DNA from: Camelus dromedarius | Taxonomy: Eukaryota | NCBI RefSeq assembly: GCF_036321535.1 | Contig: NC_087437.1 | Span: forward strand, 74,154,001 to 74,218,000 | DNA length: 64,000 nt | Reading direction: 5' to 3' | Shown here: positions 13,185-25,765 of the stretch, one piece after another | How the letters are laid out: each line of letters opens with the position of its first letter | Numbering within the stretch: the stretch's first letter is position 1 | The notes under the pieces: model-generated | The model's database searches: none | The model's input: only the letters and a program-made list of their open reading frames with translations | Told to the model about the DNA's origin: nothing | Made by a program: the position numbers and the translations under genes

Positions 13185-15590
13185 TGATGTCAGCAAGATA
13201 GCAGAATAGGAGGTTCCAGCCCTTATTCCCCAATAGAAACATCTATTTAACAAACATCCAAGGACAAAAATACCTTCATAAAAGCTCCAGAATCCAGATG
13301 AGGTTACAGTACCCTGGAGGAGCACAGAAATAAGGAAAGATACATTGAAAAGGGTAAGAAAAACAGTATTGCTTTACTCCTCCCCTAAGCCAACGCAGCA
13401 CAGCTCCATGGGGAAAGAGAGAGTAAAATAAGCATCTGACTTCCCCAGACTTTCAGGGACCTGCTCTGTCAAAGCTTCACCCAGGACACTGAGGGAATCA
13501 GCATGTATAGGTCACTTGGAATTAGCTAAGAACAAAGAAAAGGGATGGGTGTGCTCAATGACCAGAGTGAGGATTTCAATAGCTGGCCCGTGTCCCCCAG
13601 CTCAGGAAGGAGGCTCATCCATTCTGGGACCCCGGCACTGGGCCGGCCCACATCTATATCCCAGTAGCCAAACCACCCACACACCATGCCAGCTGACCTC
13701 AGAATCTCTAGCCAGACTGACTGGTGAAGGGCTTTCCTTGCTGAAGCCTGTCTATAAAGACTAGAAGAGGTGGATTGTTTCTTCAAATGCTCAGACATTA
13801 ATTCAAGGCCACAAGAATCACAGAGTTAGGGAAACAAGACATCACCAAAGGAATAAAATAAAGCTCCTATAACAAAACCTTAAGAAACAGAGATCTACTA
13901 ACTGCCTGACAAAGACTTCTTGAAGAAGCTCAGTGAGTTACAAGAGAACATGGACACTAAACAGAATCAGGAAAGCAATGACATAAATATATTACAATAT
14001 ATTACAAAGCTACAGTATCAAAACAGTATATGACTAGCATAAAAACAGACATATAAACCGTAGAACAGAACAGAGAGCCCGGAAATAAACCATGCATACA
14101 CAGTCAACTGATTTTCAGGATGCTAAGAATACACAGTGGGGAAGGATAAACACCTTCAATAAATGGTGTTGGAAAAACTAAATACCTACATGCAACAGAA
14201 TGAAATCAGCCTCTTATTTTGCACCATATACAAAAATCACCTAAAATAAAGACTTAAATATCAGACCTGAAACCATAAAACTTCTAGAAGAAAACAGGAG
14301 AAAGCTTCTTGACATTGGCCTTGATAATGACTTCTTGGACATGACACCAAAAGCATAGGCAACAAAAGCAAAACTAGACAAGTGGGATTACACTAAACTA
14401 AAAAGATTCTGCATTATAAAGAAAAAATCAATTAAAATGAAAAAGAAACCTACAGGAGAAAATGTCTGCAAACCATATATATGATAAGGGGTGAATATTC
14501 CAAATATATAAAGAACTCCTATAACTCAATAGCAAAAACCAAATAATTTAATTAAAATTGGGCAAATGACTTGAATAAACATTTCTCCAAAGAAGACATA
14601 CAAACAGCCAACAGGTGTTATGAAAAGGTCCTCAACAATACTAATCACCAGGGAAATGCAAATCAAATAACTACAGTGAGCTACACCTCACACTTATCAG
14701 GATGACTACTACTAAAATTTTTTAAAAAGATAATAAATGCTGATGAGGATGTGGAGAAAAGGGACCCCTTTTACATACCTTCATAGGAATGTAAACTGGT
14801 GCTGCTGCTATGGAAAACTGTACGAAGAAGTTTCCTTTAAAAATTAAAAATAGAATTACTGTATAATCCAAAAATCCCACTTTCACGTATTCAATTCCCA
14901 AAGGAATTGAAATTAGGATCTCAAAAAGATATCTGTAAAACCATGTTCATTGCAGCATTATTCACAATAGCCAAGACATGGAGGAAGCAATCTAAAAGTC
15001 CAATGACAGACAAATGGATAAAGAAAATGTGTAGTTTACAACCAAGAGAATATTACTAAAAAAGAAGGAAATCCTGCGAATATGTGACAACATGGATAAA
15101 CCTGAAGGACATTATGGTAAAAGACATAAGCAATACTGACAAACACTACATGGTATCACTTACATGAGGATTCTACAATAGTCAAATTCATAGAAGCAGA
15201 GAGTAGAATGGTAGTTGCCGGGGGCAGAGGATAGGGAAAAAATGGAGAGGTATTAGTAAAAGAGCACAATGTTTCAGTTATACAAGGTAAACAGGTCTTA
15301 TAAGTCTATTGGAGAGCATTGAGTCTACAAGTTAACAATTCTGCATTATACACTTAAAAATTGCAAAGAGTGTAGATCTTATGTTAAGTGTTCTTTTTAG
15401 GAAAATTAATAACAGTAATAATAAAAGAGTGGAAGAAAACTTTTGGAGATAATGGGTATGTTTATGGCATAGATTGTGGTGATGGTTTGTTTCATGGATA
15501 TACGCTTATCTCCAAATTCATCGAGTTTGATATATTAAATATGTATGGCTCTTTTGTATGTCATTCATATTTCAATAAAGTGCTTTAAAA
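13185..15590 (+). mobile_element. L1 (L1MA/L1MB-type) with 5' UTR, start of ORF1, large internal deletion, end of ORF2 and 3' UTR
   Basis: 5' end gatgtcagcaagatagcagaataggagg; ORF1 start motifs at ~13830-13980 (gaagctcagtgagttacaagagaac); abrupt jump at ~13990 to the ORF2 C-terminal region (tattacaaagctacagta...aaaacagacatata); 3' UTR ending tttcaataaagtgctttaaaa. Confidence 0.85.
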
Positions 15591-15789
15591 ATAATGAACC
15601 ATTAAGAGGGCAAATGAAACTTTTTTATCCATCATATAACCAAAAACAAACTAAATTATGATGTTGAATCATACAGTTTGATAGCAAAATAATCAATGTT
15701 ATATGAGATGCATCAAGAGTTAAAACTCTGGATATCTAATTCACTTTATTGATTATTAAAAATGTTACCTCTTTTTTTAAAAAAAACTG

Positions 15790-16612
15790 TATGCTAAATT
15801 AAAAGATGAAGTGTAGTGTATGCAAATTATACCTCAAAAATAAAAACAAACAATTATATAGAGGAAAACATACATGCACAATGAAATATTACTGTACATT
15901 ACTAGAATAGCTAAAGTTACTAGTGGTTTCTGAGTTAAACATGTACTTACCATATAAGCCAGCAACTATATTCCTAAGTATTTACTCCCAAATCATGCAT
16001 CCATATGAAGACTTGTACACAGATGTTCACAGTAAGTTATTTCACAAAGCCAAAATCTGGAAACTACTCAAATATCTATCAACAGGTGAACTGATACACA
16101 AATTGTTGTATGCCCCTAATATTCAGTTATTGCCTTCATACTCAGTGAAATACTACCCAGCAATAAAAGGACATGAACTACTGATAACACAACATGGATC
16201 TCAAAAATATTCTGCTGAATCAAAGAAGATAGATGCAATAGTATATACTCCGATTTAATTTACATAAAATTCTAGAAAATGCAGCCTAATCTATGACAGA
16301 AAGCAGATCAGTGTGCCTGGGACAGAGGAAGAGAGGAGAAAGGGAAGCTCTGCAAAGAAGTATGAGGAACCAGAAATTGACACAACATTGTTAACTGACT
16401 TTAACTCAATTTAAAAAAAAAAAAGAAGTATGAGGAAACTATTAGAGATGTTTTATTAAAACTCTTGAATGATGGAAATAGTCTCTATCTCGATTGTGGT
16501 GTTGGTTGTAAGGGCTTATACAGCTGTAAAAACTCACCAAACTGTATGTTTTAAATGGGTGCCTCCGTTGTATGGAAATTATACTTAAATAAAATTTTAA
16601 TTAAAAATGAAA
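15790..16612 (+). mobile_element. Old L1 3' end (L1MB/MC-type)
   Basis: ttaccatataagccagcaa...ttcctaagtatttactc; tactacccagcaataaaaggacatgaactactgata; ttctagaaaatgc; gattgtggtgttggtt...aaaactcaccaaactgta. Confidence 0.8.
16370..16421 (+). mobile_element. Young, extremely 5'-truncated L1 3' tail (camelid/cetartiodactyl-like) with 16-bp TSD
   Basis: ccagaaattgacacaacattgttaactgactttaactcaattt plus A-tail, flanked by identical aaagaagtatgaggaa at 16354-16369 and 16422-16437. Confidence 0.9.
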
Positions 16613-19326
16613 TAAAGTAAATTGAGCAAAGAATGGTCACTGATCCAACCAGTGAAGGAAAGAAATTCAGCAAAGAAATTCTGTTTCCTTAAGCACACTA
16701 TTTTCCAATACTATTTAAAATATTCTTCTGTAGATATTGAAGAGATGCCCAAGGATACCAAATTAGGAACCCTCATTCAGAATTTAAAGTGTTTCATGAA
16801 GCACTTCATCTTGACATTGTAGGTCAGACATAAGATATCAAATTTGACCTTGAGGACATTAAAGGTCAATTTAGCCTCCAGTAAGATCGTTCCTGATGGA
16901 TAAAAGAAATAAGTGCAAGAGAAGAAATACTACTTGAATTAGTTTCAGCTGATAGGGCTATGGTTGCTGGAATAAAAGGCAGTATGGTTGCTGGAATAAA
17001 AAGGTCTTTTGGTATTCAAAGTAGCGTCTGTGTTATAATTCTGCAAGACAACTGCTGTGAGGGCTGCACAGCCAGTGTTATACATACAGCTCTCAGAACT
17101 GCAAATCTCAGAGCTATGGTTAAACCAGACAGTTACTGGATGCCATCACAGGCAAAAGAACATGCTATAGAAGAAAAAAATAAAGTAGTTCTGTTTTGAA
17201 GAGAAAGTAATAATATACTCAGTCCTGGACACTTGCTAAATGTTTTGCACATACTATTTCCAAACCTTTAAAACAACAAGGTGATGTATTCTAACTTTAT
17301 AAATGAGAAAATTTATGCATGGAGATGTATAACTTTTATACAAATTCTTATAGCCAGAAAGTTTAATGCTGGTGTTTCAACTAATTGGATTCCACTTATT
17401 TTTAAAACCTTAACCTTTTTCACTGCAACAGGTTTTTGTGCAGTACTACATAAAAACGTAAATAAAAATAAACACTAAATAAATTTCTAAACTTTGGTGA
17501 AATGACCAAATTTCTGAGACATTATTGGTTTGCTTGACAAAAGACTATTGGGATCAGTTTTTAAAGAAATGTCTTTATCATAAAAGTCATTGCTCCCCAG
17601 AAACACTGAGAGATTCCTCCTGGTTGGAGAGGGATCATCGTAATGTCCAAATTACGCAAAGTTTCATTGTACTAATCACTCCATACTGCAGCTTGCAAAT
17701 GCATTTCAGGATTTTCTTTTTCAGGAAATATTTAGAAGTTGCTGTCATTAAGTAATATTAAATTATAGCCCAAAAATTAAAATAAAGGGACATTTGAAAA
17801 TATTAAGAAAGTTTTTTGCTTTAAACGTGCAGAATTCATAAAAACATAATAAAATGAATAAATATATGAAAAATCATATATAATATAAAAATGTAATATA
17901 AAACATAAGTTAATGAAAAACTAAAATTCTAACTATTATAAAAGTTTATATCATTCTGAGATAATAGGAAAATAAGCCATTATATGAAATGGTTGAGATA
18001 TTCAAATTTTAAGTGATAGTCTAAGAACTCTTTTGGATCAAATGTAAGAACACATATTTCCAACTCAAACACTCTGTCCATGTGTTTAATTATAAGTAGC
18101 TGTTTACATTTTTGATGAGCCTGTTATTGGGCTAGAGGGGGTTCACTGAGCTTGGTAGGTAGATAAGCCACTGATTGCAAAGGCAGGAAGAAATTACAGC
18201 TACAGGAAATAGGTCATGGAAGTCAGCACTGGCTGCAGAGTACTCAGCCGTGAGCAGGCACTGATACTCTTAATGGAGTAAATAAATACTTAAGTTCACG
18301 CAGCCTTAGTCTAGGGCTAACCAGTAAGGAGCATGCTTAGATATGCGCCACTCTTCTGTGCTATCAGAGCTTGGTAACAGTTCTCAGTTAACCCTCAAGG
18401 TGACTCCCTGAGACAACTGCCTGAAAACGCCAAGTGGTCTAAGTTGTGTTACAAAGAAAAATCCAAACAAATGTAAGAAATAACACACTATGTTTGTATA
18501 TATGAGGTATTTTGCTTAGTAGCATTGCCTTAGTATTAAAGTCTTTCAGGTTTTTATATTCAGACCAGACACTAGGAAAGTTGCTTATGAAACAATGGCA
18601 AAATAGGATATGGATCCAGGACTGAAATAGCTTATGTTTATGTGGAAAATATAGACCAGAATGGCTTAGAGAAAAAAAATAGTTTAAACTAATATTGGCA
18701 ACAAAATTCCTTTCTTCTCTTCTTCTTTTTTTTCCATGAGAATTCCTTTTTTAAAAGCAGACTGTTTTGATAGGCATAACACCTTATGGAGGAATAACCT
18801 TCAAATCATGATTGGGATTGGCTAGGCATCAGAGATACTTAAAATGCAAAAGAAAAAAAAATAAAAAAGAACAGTTAGAAAGATAAAGAAAGAAGAGAAA
18901 GGAGATGGTGTTGAGGAAGGGCATTAGAAGGGTCTAGAACTTTCCATCAGTTCCTCTAGAGGTGTGAACAGTGAGAGACTTGATGTTCAGGAATGTCTAT
19001 TACTAATTTTTAATTTGTTGCTGTTCCTTGCTGGCTATAATATAAGTCTACTTAGTTTCTTCTATCTTCAGTCAGTCATACAGTCTTGAATCAGTGATAT
19101 ATCAGGCAGATAACATGGGGAATGCATATATAACCACATAGATAGGACTTGTGTGGCATCCAGCAGTGCAGTGCAGGAGAAACACACACACACACTCACA
19201 CACATCAAAGAGACAACACACAAAATGGGCATCAAACGTTCAGTCGAGATAGGTATACTGGAACAGGTATGGTTTTCTCATCATGTGTGTGAACTGCATA
19301 AATTATCCGTCAATACAGTTTAATGC

Positions 19327-19887
19327 TGAGATCATTGATTTTATGTATCAGCTTGGTTGGGCCACAAGGTGACCAGATACTTGATTACAGAAACATTTTG
19401 AGTGGGTCTGTGAGGATGTTTCTGGCTGAGATTAACTCTGGAATCAGTAGACTGAGTAAAGCAGATGGCCCTCCCCAATGAGGGTGTGCCTCATCCAATC
19501 CATTGAAGGCCTGGATAGAACAACTGTATAAGGAAGAATCTGCTCTCTCTGCCTGTCTTTGAGTTGGGACATCAATCTTTTCCTGTTTTCACACTCTTAA
19601 CTCAGACTGGAACCTTACACCCCTGGCTCTCCTAGTTCTGACTCATATGTGGACTGGAATTTATACCATTGTCTCACTGCCTTCTCAGGCGGTCAGGCTC
19701 AGACGGGAACACACCACTGACTCTCCTGGATTCTCAGCTTGCCAACTGCAGATCTTGAGACTCTACTTAGTCTCTATAATTGTGAAAGCCAATTTCTTAT
19801 AGTAAACCTCTAGATAGATAGATGATGGGTGACAGATAGAAAAACATCCTCTTGGTTTTGTTTCTCTGAAGAACCCTGAATACTACA
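19327..19887 (+). repeat. 5' LTR (MLT2)
   Basis: tgagatcattgattttatgtatcagcttgg ... tctctgaagaaccctgaatactaca (TG...CA termini). Confidence 0.88.
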
Positions 19888-19929
19888 GATTTTAGTACTG
19901 AGAGTGGTTATAGAGGAACAGAATTTTAA

Positions 19930-21600
19930 GTGTGAGTTTTACGAATTGGCTTGAGGGTTTCTTGAATTGTCACTCTTATATGATGAGACTTAAAGATGCT
20001 AATGATCTTCAGTAGTAAAAACAGCACTGAGAGTCCCTGGCATGATCTGGCAATAAAAATAGGCAAAATATCACCACTGAATACTGCTAATTAACCACTT
20101 ATGAGAAGCAAGGATCTGGGTAACTATGTATATGATACTTGCACATATTTTGGGGAAACTAGTATAGATATATTGAGATTGGCTGTTTGTTCTTACTATT
20201 GCCAGACAAAGCGGGAAAAGAAAAGGATGAGCACAGGGAATCAAATTCCCATCTCAAGTACTACATGAATAATCTACAAGCTTCTATGGGTGCCCTGAGA
20301 GATCTCTTTAACTCCTTTAGCCACAGAGATGAGATGGCTGAAAATCAAAGGCAGATGCTCATCTTGCTACAGGCTGAGTTGTAACACACGTAGAACTTCC
20401 AGGTTCGCAGGGTGTCTACTATTATAGAGAGGGCACTGGTTGGGAAAGAGTGGGATCCTCTAAGTTGGAAAGGGGACAATGAACCCCAAAATTCTGTTGA
20501 CTCTTCTTTATCAAAAGAAGTCTCCCCACCCCCAGAAGAAGTGACTTCTCCACCTACAATGAAGGTGGCCTCTCCACACACATCTCCAATCTGAGGGGAT
20601 TAACCCCGCATTGCCTAAGAAAACTGTAAACATCTCCTTTGAGGCAACTGCCATGCAGGACAATGCTAATTTTCCTCAGGACACATCCCCTCTTTGCTTC
20701 TGGTACTAAAATTAGACTCAATTCTTTGTAGGCCCCTAATGGTGAGGTACACAGTGTGACCTATGAGGAGGTGTACCACAAGCCAAAAGAACTGTTTGAG
20801 TATTCTAATCTATACAGACTCCAGAGAACACGGATGGAAGTGTACAGTAAGAATGTGGGAAAATGGTTGAAGGAATGAATACAAAAGTTGGATGAGGCTG
20901 AATCTATTGATACTGGCTACTAAACAGAGATTTTGCATTAGTGTTGCAGTTGAAGGAATTAAAAGTGCTAACAGTCAGTTCCTTTGGTTGGCTGGATGAA
21001 CCATGGTGCAAAAGGTGGCACAAAGGGAGAGATCCAGAAATGACAAACTTCTTGGTTTAATGTAGAGGAAGGGATTCAAAGGATTAGGTCATCTATAATG
21101 GCAGCTTTGACTTGTCATTTAAGACTTACCCACACTGGGAGCATCCAGAAGAGATTTCTATCACCAGTATTTTGAGAAATAAATTTAGGACAGGATCACC
21201 AGCATCCTTGAAGAGCTCTGCTATCTACCCTCTCTGTAGGCCAGACCTTATAGTGGAAACTGCAATTACTGAACTGTGAAACCTAAATATAATGGGAGTA
21301 GTTGGTTCCTGGGGTGGCAAGGGCCAAGTGACAAGGTGAGCATGTTATTGTAATGAACCACAGAGTCAGAGTCAAAGCAGTAACCAGAATAGTCTGATGT
21401 GAGCAGACCTATGGCACAGGCTAGTTGATCATGGTGTTTCTAGAAGTAAAATAAATAAAAAGCCTTTTAAATTCTTACTTGATCTATATAAGCAGAAAAT
21501 TTCTAGGTTAAGTGAATAACAGTCTAACCTGAATCATAAAAACAGAGAGTTACATCCCCTCAATCAATCCCCATCTTGAGCCATTACAGACCCAGAGCCC
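19930..21600 (+). pseudogene. gag: ERV-L gag relic (frameshifted, with stops)
   Basis: ORF 20412-20594 reads ERALVGKEWDPLSWKGD, resembling the ERV-L Gag motif RALIGKEWDP..W.GD; neighbouring ORF 20187-20384 has coiled-coil-like character. Boundaries approximate. Confidence 0.75.
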
Positions 21601-21699
21601 CTTGAAGGAAGGAAAGGCTGGGTCCCCAAGAGGAAGGCACACTACCAAAAGTTTTACTGTTAATCTTTCTCCCAGCCTTCCCTCACAGGACGTACAGCT

Positions 21700-24480
21700 T
21701 TTTATCAGGGTAACTGTGCATTGGGAAAAGGAAATAATAAGAAATTTGGGGGACTACTGAACACTGGCTCTTAACCGACACTAATTCCAGGAGATGCAAA
21801 ATAATGCAGTCACTTTGATCCACCAGTCAGAGTAGAGGTTTATGCAGGGCAGATAATCAATGGAGTTTTAGCTCAGGTCCATCACACAGTGGGCCCAGTG
21901 GATCCCCAAACCTAGCTGTAGTTATTTTCCTAGCTCGAGAATGGAATGGACACACTTAGCAACTGGCAAAATCCCCACACTGGTTTCCAGATCTGTGAAA
22001 TGAGGGTTGTTATGGTTGGAAAAGCCAAGTGGAAGCCACTAGGACTGCCACTACCTAGAAATATAGTAAACCAAAGGGGATGCTGCATTCCTGGAGGGAT
22101 TTCAGGTTCTACATCAAGAACTTGAAAGATGCAGGGTGATGAATCCCCGTATGTCTCTGTTCAACTCTCCTCTTTGGCACGTGTACAAGACAGATGGATC
22201 TTGGTGAATGACAGTGTATTATTGTAAGTATAATCTGGTGTTGACTCCAAATGCAGAAATTTCAGCTACTGTTTCAAACGTAAATCCCTGGTACGTGGTA
22301 TGCAGCTATTGGTCTGGCAAATGCCTTTTCCCCAATCCTTGCCAATGAGGCCCATCCAAAGCAGTCTGATTTCAGCTGGCAAGGCAAACAATACACTCAC
22401 TATCTTACCTCAGGGATGTATAAACTCTCTAGCCCTATGTCATAATTTAGCTTTCAGGGATCTTGATCACCTTTCTCTTCCACAAGATACTACACTGGTC
22501 CATTCTATTAATTATGCTGATTGGAAATAATGAGCAAGAATTAGAAACTACTCTATACTTACTGGTAAGACATTTGTGTGTCAGAAGGTGGAAAATAAAT
22601 ACAACAAAAATTTAGGGAAACTTCTACCTTCTACCAAATTTCTAGCGTCCAGTATGTAACATTGTGAGATATCCTTTCTAAGGTGAAGGGCAAGTTGTTG
22701 CATCTGGCCCTTTCTCCAAAAAAAGAGACACAATACCCAGTAGGCCTCTTTGGATTTTGGAGGCAACGTATTTGTCACTAGGGTGTGCTACATTGGTCCA
22801 TTTACCAAATGATCCAAAAAGCTGCTAGCCTTAAGTGGGGTCAAGAACAAGAGAAGACTCTGAAACAGGTCCAGGTTTCTGTACAAACTGCTCTGCCACC
22901 TGGTTATATGTTCCAGCTGATCCAGTGGTGTCTGAAGTGGCAGTGGCACACCAGGATACTCTTCGGTGCCTTTGGCAGGTCTCTATAGGTGAACCACAGT
23001 GTAGACCCTTGGCTTTTGGAGAAAAGCCCTGCCATTCTCTGTGGATGACTACTCTCCTCTTGAGAAGTAGCTGTTGTCTTCCTGTTGGGCCCCAGTAAAA
23101 ACTGAATGATTAGCCATGGACCACTAACTTACCATGTGATTTGAGGTGCCCATCATGAGCTAAGTATGATATGACTTTCCAAGCCAAAATGGTGGATTGC
23201 ACAGTAGCATGCCAGCATCAAATGGAAGTGGGATATAAGTGATGCGGCCTGGGTAGGCCCCAAAGGGTCACGGAATTTACATGGAAAAGTAGCCTAAATG
23301 CCCATGGTCCCCACTCCTGCTACACTGATATACTGGGTTCTCGCTCCCAGTCTGCACCTATGGCATCATAGGAGTTCCCTGATCACCTGACCAGGGAAGA
23401 GAAGACTCGGGCCTGGTTTATAGGTGGTTCTGCACAATATGTATGTGCCACCAGGAGAAGGACAGCTGTATACTACACAGCCCCTTTCTGGGATACCCTG
23501 AAGGACAGTGGTGGAAGGAAATTCTCCCAGTGGGCAGAATTTCAAGTTGTGCACCTGGTTGTTCACTTTGCTTGAAAGGAGAAACAGCCCGATGTGCAAT
23601 TACAAACTGATTCATAGGCTGTGGCCAGTGGTCTGGCTGGATGGTAAGAGAACTAAATGGAACATGATTGGAAAACTGATGATAAAAAAATTTGGAGAAG
23701 TATCATGAATGAGTAAAAAACATGAAGATTTTTGTATCTGATGTGAATGCTAACCAAAAGGCAACCTCAGTAGAAGACAATTTTAATTATCAAGTGGATA
23801 GGATAACCTGCTCTATGTATACTCATCATCCTCTTTCTCCAGCCAAACTTGTCATTGCTCAACGGGCTCCTTAACAAAATGACCATAGTGGCGGAGATGG
23901 AGGTTATGCATGAGCTCAGGAACATGGACTTTCACTCACCAAAACCTATTTGGCTATGGCTACTGCTAAGTGCCTACTCAGCCGGCAGCAGACATTTTAC
24001 TAGTCATCAATATGGTACTATTCCCTGGGTTGACTGGCTAACTACCTAGTGGCAGGTTGATTATATTGAACACCTTCCATCATGGAAAGGGCAGTGTTTT
24101 GCTCTGACTGGAGTAGACACTTACTCTGGACATGCACTGGACTTCTCTGCATGTAATACTTCTGCCAAAACATCATCTGTGAAATTACAGGCACCTTATC
24201 CACCCATCATGCTATTGTACATAGCATTGTTTCTGATCAAGGAACTCACTTCACATCAAATTAAATGAGTGTAATGGGCATATGCTCATGGAATTCACTA
24301 GTCTTACACTGTTCCTCACCATCCTGAAGCAGTTGGTTTGACAGAATGACAGAATAGCCTTTTGAAGGCTCAGTACCAGCTAGGTAGCAATGCCTTGCAA
24401 GGTTGGGACACGTTTCTCCAGACTGCATAATGTCTGAATCGGCAGCCAATATATGATGCTCTTTTTCCCATAGCCAGGAT
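21700..24480 (+). pseudogene. pol: ERV-L pro-pol relic (protease, RT, RNase H, integrase)
   Basis: Protease GLLNTGS* at 21751 (DTG to NTG); RT FNSPLWHVYKTDGSW* at 22160 and [15 protein letters not shown] at ~22400 with YIDD destroyed; RNase H AWFIGGSAQY at 23411; integrase WQVDYIEHLPSWKGQCFALTGVDTYSG at 24050 and SIVSDQGTHF at ~24223. Confidence 0.9.
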
Positions 24481-24559
24481 TCACATGTCCAGGAATCAAG
24501 GTTTTAAAATGGCACTGGCACCATTCACTATAACCCCAATAACCCTACAGCAAAATTTT

Positions 24560-24860
24560 TGCTTCCTCTTACTGTAACCTTATGCTCTGCTGACCTGGAG
24601 GTATTAGTTCCAAAAGGAGGAACATTTCTACCAGGAAATAAAACAATGATTCCATTGAACTAGAAGTTAAGGCTACCTGGACACTTTGGACCCTGATGCC
24701 TCTGAATCAACAGACAAAGAAGGTTGTTACTCCGTTGACTGGAGTGATTGGTTCTGACTACAAAGGGGAAATTGGACTGTTACTCTACAATGGAAGTAAA
24801 GAATACTGAATATAGGAGAGCTCATAGAGCATCTCTTAGTATTACCATGACCGGGGATTA
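24560..24860 (+). pseudogene. ERV-L dUTPase-like relic downstream of integrase
   Basis: LEVLVPKGGTFLPGNKTMIPLN*KLRLPGHFG from ~24595, then GVIGSDYKGEIGLLL; this position after IN is characteristic of ERV-L. Confidence 0.8.
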
Positions 24861-25256
24861 AGGTCAGCGTAAAACAGTAATAATCCAACGCAGACAGGAC
24901 TGCTAACTGCCCACTCTACCAGGTAAAGAACCACAAACACTGAAGGTGCCTGCTGAAGCAAAAGGGTACATAATGGGTAGTGGAAGAAGGTAATTAAAAC
25001 ATATAACATAAGATGTACTGACTTTATATCATAGTATTTAAGTCCTGTTAATTTTACATCACAGTAGTTAAGTTATGAGATACCAAGCAAAAGCGTAAAC
25101 ATTACTCTTCTGGGGAAGGGGTTAGTACATTTTTGGCTGCATGTAGCATAGTTGTATCATGTTAGGTGAAATTGTGGGCTTGTTATTTTCTCTATTTGGA
25201 AATTAAGTATAATTAAAGGAGATTCATAAGGGTGCCAAGTTGACAAGGGATAGACT

Positions 25257-25765
25257 TGTGATGGTTAATCTTACATGTTTAATTTAATAGGCCATGGGTT
25301 GCCCAGATGTTTGGTTAAACATTATTCTGAATGTGTCTATGAGGATTTGCTGGATGAGACTGACAAATATTTGAATCAGCAGACTGAGGAAAGCAGATTA
25401 CCTCCCCACTGTGAACAAGCCTCATCTGATCCATGGAAGGCTGAATAGGGCAAAGATGCTAAGGGAGAATTAACGCTCTCTGCATGACTATCTTCAAGGT
25501 GGGACATCAGTCTTCTTCTGCCTTCAGAGTTGGACTTGGATTGGAACTTATACTGTTGACTCTCCTGATCCTCCAGGTTTCAGACTCAGACTAGAATTAT
25601 AGCATCACCTTTCCTAGCTGTCCAGGTTGCCTCCTGCAGATCTTGGAACTTCTCAGCCTCCATAACTGCATGAGTCAATGCCTTATTTTATATAAATAAG
25701 TGAATAAATGAATGAATAAATAAGTATTTCCTAATGTCTCTTTTTCTCTGGAAAAACTATTATAG
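25257..25765 (+). repeat. 3' LTR (MLT2)
   Basis: tgtgatggttaatcttacatg ... ctgcagatcttggaacttctcagcctccataactgcatgagtcaat ... tttctctggaaaaact; the 3' terminus is decayed. Confidence 0.88.

Larger units (their letters stand above)
19327..25765 (+). mobile_element. ERV-L (MLT2 LTR, HERV-L-like) provirus with both LTRs; gag-pro-pol-dUTPase, no env; non-coding relic
   Basis: Two homologous MLT2 LTRs in direct orientation, a PBS-like gattttagtactgagagtgg right after the 5' LTR, a PPT-like aagggatagac right before the 3' LTR, and protein motifs in the ERV-L order. Confidence 0.93.

Noticed and set aside
24990..25256. env gene or novel repeat in the ERV 3' internal region
   Set aside because: The region is too short and has no env motifs, and ERV-L lacks env. 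The short tttatatcatagtatttaagt-like repeat resembles what I recall of the normal ERV-L 3' untranslated region.
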